DNA of 64,000 nucleotides from Orbicella franksi (Eukaryota): NCBI GenBank assembly GCA_964199315.1, contig OZ116699.1, positions 31,062,001 to 31,126,000 of the forward strand, read 5' to 3'. Shown piece by piece: positions 60,501 to 64,000 of this stretch (position 1 is its first letter; each line of letters starts with the position of its first letter). The notes under the pieces were generated by a model. It saw only the letters and a program-made list of their open reading frames with translations, ran no database searches and was not told where the DNA came from. The position numbers and the translations under genes were made by a program.

Positions 60501-63500
60501 CAAACCAAGTGATCTCAGTGTGAATTTTCTTCAGGAGTTCATGGCTCTTCCTTTATCCTATTTAGCTCCTGGAGCAGCCGTCCAATTTCGTAAGTGTACT
60601 TCTGGATTAGATGCCGTTATTGATTGTGTACAATGTCCACACATCCAACGTTTATCTGTTTGGACAGGTCAAAGGGCAGATATCCGGCAGATATGGGTTT
60701 TCTAGCACCAGATAGACTTGTTGCTCAGTAGTCCCTAATTGTTCCAATTCAGCTACTTGGTGACGCTATCGATAAATACCCAAGTGGTATGATTGCCTCT
60801 GTTTACCTCTTAGTGTCCATACATCCAGGCAAGAGACCAGCAAAGCTTGTTGGTCCGACTCTAATATCTAGGCAAAATCATGCAACAAAGTCCTCGATAT
60901 GAAAGCACGCTAAACATCGAGCTGCTTAATACCCATTCTTTGAATCCGCTGAGGATTTCATTCTTCGTTGGGGGACGCACTACATAAAGTCAGGAAAATT
61001 TGGTGGCAGGCTTGACATTTTCAAGACAATGGAAGCTAACCAAGTCTCAAGCAAAGCGGAGTTTAGCCAAGTCATGGAAGCCGAGTTTAGAAGCTTTTTT
61101 GCAAGTCTTCATGCAAAGGACGAGCAAAATGGAGGAAGTAGTCATAAACAACAATCAAAGACATCTTCTACCTCCATATCTGTAGAAGGAGGAGACCAGC
61201 AAATTGCTTCTCTTATCTCAGATGTAAACTCGCCAACGATAAAAAATGAAATCAAACAATGGCTGGAGTCAATTCGTACTTTCCCAAAACCATTCAAATT
61301 TATGGTTGCACCGATCACAGATCTGCTAAAGTTTAATCCTTCATCCCTGTTTACTGACGAAGAAAGAGATTGGGGATGTGAAAGACATTCAGCCGACATG
61401 AAGAAAGATCCAGACACTGGGGAAAGCTATTATGAAATCAAAATCAATGGAACGCTAACAAGGAAGAAGTGTCCATACAAGGACCGTGACTATCTGGTTC
61501 ATGTGATAAACCGTAGAAGGACTAGTCTAGAAAGAGCTGTTGCAGTCTACATGGAAGAGGTAAAATTATATTTTATATGCCCCGAGTATAATCTTATTAA
61601 ATTTGCGTTCTACTCTCTTAGGGGAACCGATATATTTTCAAATACAGATCGGTATTTCTTTAAACTACACAACATAGATTTTCTCTCTGGCCTTTATTGC
61701 ACAAAATAAGTGAATTAAATTGGAAAATGTTCAAAATTCGCCTCAAGCCAAAGCAATGCATACAGTAGCACAATCTGCCAATCAGGAACAAGTAATTTAG
61801 TGCCATTTGTGTTGTAAAAATAACGCACATTTTAACAAAATGCCCGTGAAAGATCTTGTTAAGTAGAACTAAGCTTTTCAGTGTTTGATTATATCCATAA
61901 CTCAATTACAAATTTTAAATACATATCGGAACGCATGTTGCTCCAGTATATTTCTGAAGACGCGTCTTTCTCAACTTTAGGGTCCCATTTCGGTGTCAGA
62001 TATAACTCTTCCTGCTGGACGGCCTGGTTGTCAGACTGAAAACTATAAGTTTCAAAAAAAAATCCGGCAAGCCAACCTGGGAAGCAATAACTAAAGACGA
62101 AGTCGCGTTCCTGATTATCTTCAACACGAGAAGGGAACTGTCTGGAACATTTCGAGGCCCAGTTAAGATAACTCCACACATGGAAAAGTACGTGAAATTC
62201 TTTGACAATCAGTGGTTTGTCGGTGATAGTCATGACCAGATGGACATGACAACGACCTGTAATCGCGGCAGCCGAAAAAATTTCAAAGTTTGCATTCTCG
62301 GCTTGGTTTTGACGTATTCTCCACAAAATGGATATCTCACGCTAAAGCGAGAAGACTTCGAGACTTCAAATGCAACATTTCCGGGTTTGACGCCAGATAT
62401 GATTGGCTCGTTAATAGCACATGCTGAATGGCCAGCCGACCACATTTTTCAGATGGATACAGTCATTGGCTATCTTCCGTGCAACGTGAAATGGTCCAAT
62501 GCCTTACGGTTTGACCCTAGTAACAAAGAAGGGAAATGTCTTCACTTCACCGCATCTTCGAAAGGAACTGTTTTTGTTATATTCGCTGCTGTTCCGAATA
62601 ACAAAGATACATGGTACTATGTACAGATTTCTACGTATGGCGTTGGAATATTTAAGGTGAGTTCCAATTTATTTTAACTAATTTAGAATAAAAGCTACGC
62701 ATACAACTAAGACGCTGGCGTTATCTGGTCCGGAAAGTGAACAGTTTTTGAAGAATATCCCCAAAGAAAAACTAGCAAGCTCGCGTGAAAAACAGTAAGC
62801 TTCGCGTGAGCAATGGATTACAATAAATTAAGAAAAAAAATGTAGTTTACGCTAATTCACAAAGAATTTCCGTATAGAAAAAGTCAGTGCTAGATTGCTT
62901 AATTCTGAGCAGTGGAAATAATGTGCAGTTAAAATTCTGACTTTTGAAGTATGAAAACTGCTCAATGCCAAGAGGTCGTTTAAAACTACACGTATAGACG
63001 GTGTTTCGCAAGCAACGCAATGATTGCGGTAAATATCACAATGCATAAGTTAGTATCCTGCGTAGCAGGCGTATAAAGGGGAGGGGGGTGGGGGGGGGAG
63101 GAAGAGAATTCGGGGAAAAAAATGGAGGAGTCGGGGGGGGGGAGGGAGGGGGAAAAGGTTCCCTTTCCCCGAAATCTCCTCGAAATCTCTTCTCCTCCTC
63201 CACCCCATCCCCTTTATACGCCCGCTACGCAGGCTATAAGTTAGTCGCCAGGGCTTTGTTGTTACAACTCGCAATTATTATTTATTAATTATATCATAAT
63301 ATTCAAGTCCTTAAAAAAATAAATATCCTTTAAATTCCATTCACAGTCCCAAAGACTCATGGTTTCCTCTGTTGATGTTAACGCGGTTGGCTTGGGCGCG
63401 GAGATTCTCTATCAGTCCTACTTTGTTTGCGTGAAAGAGACATCTAAAAGCACCGTAATAGAGTATGGGAAAAGTCAAGGGACAACAGAATTCGGTGACG

Positions 63501-63704
63501 TCTACCTGACGATGATAGACAGAGATAATCCTCTGTTTGTCCGGTTCTATTCATTTGGGAATAGCGAGGACCCCATGGAGGTAGTTGATGCACACATTCT
63601 TTCTCGTCACCTGACCAAGGCCCACTGTAAAGGAGATACGGTTCATGATAAACAAACGAACATGTGCGTGCAAGATTGCCACGTGTTATGCGACCCAAAC
63701 CAAG
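54576..63704 (+). CDS. Secreted MACPF-domain protein, 3'-incomplete (at least ~889 codons in window); possibly a disrupted allele
   Basis: Exons 54576-54660, 56340-56452, 57144-57275, 58194-58433, 59228-59340, 60024-60254, 60477-60589, 60952-61559, 61981-62656, 63347-63704. Signal peptide MKYTLLALLTVFAVDCA; GAAFIGVGFD; MACPF signature WGTHYIKSGKFGG; later Cys-rich CVQDCHVLCDPNQG. Exon 8 lacks an in-phase AG and exon 9 needs one A removed from an A9 run. Confidence 0.8.
55674..55936 (+). repeat. 263-bp direct repeat, copy B (MACPF intron 1)
   Basis: Offset by 2003 bp from copy A. Confidence 0.92.
63055..63236. mobile_element. G/C-rich MITE in MACPF intron 9
   Basis: TIR-like ends cctgcgtagcaggcgtataaagggg and cccctttatacgcccgctacgcagg; interior of G-tracts followed by C-tracts. 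Confidence 0.8.
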
Positions 63705-64000
63705 GTATCAAAACACACTTTTCAAACTCATTAACACTAAGTTTAAACAAGGAAGTCATATCCGTCATGGTGATCTAAATTAGCAAAGATTTTGACGATT
63801 TTATTTCTTCGCCTTCTCCGTAGTTTTAGTTTTGATAGAGAAGATATAGTTGACGAGACCGTGTCCTACCACATTTTCAAACAACTCTGTATTATTCACC
63901 AAAAATACTCCGCAGCGCACCGTATTTTCAACTCTCTTCCCGCGGTGTTTCAAAATGTGGTACATTGTTAAACTAATCTCTCGTATTGGACATGCTACTT

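Overview
AT-rich, intron-rich animal genomic DNA; the interspersed repeats and gene types suggest a cnidarian, probably a stony coral (inference). Contents: (1) 1-9 kb, transposon debris (three Penelope-like fragments, a Crypton-like 5' end, MITEs) plus a young 5'-truncated RTE-clade LINE with a 12-bp TSD; (2) 9.5-27.3 kb, a tandem triplication of a secreted PAN/apple + Cys-rich + fibrinogen (FReD) gene, two copies intact and one a pseudogene; (3) 29.3-46.6 kb minus strand, a complete 22-exon AP-4 epsilon gene (AP4E1, 1181 aa by manual splicing) with a GC-AG intron and a U12-type AT-AA intron; (4) a Penelope 3' remnant carrying a minimal hammerhead ribozyme at ~47.7 kb; (5) a fourth FReD gene with a coiled-coil N-terminus at 49-50.5 kb; (6) from 54.6 kb, a multi-exon secreted MACPF gene that runs off the window and shows two apparent lesions (no AG acceptor for exon 8, +1 frameshift in an A9 run). 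All gene models were spliced by hand and lack transcript support. No rRNA, intact tRNA or CRISPR array was seen.
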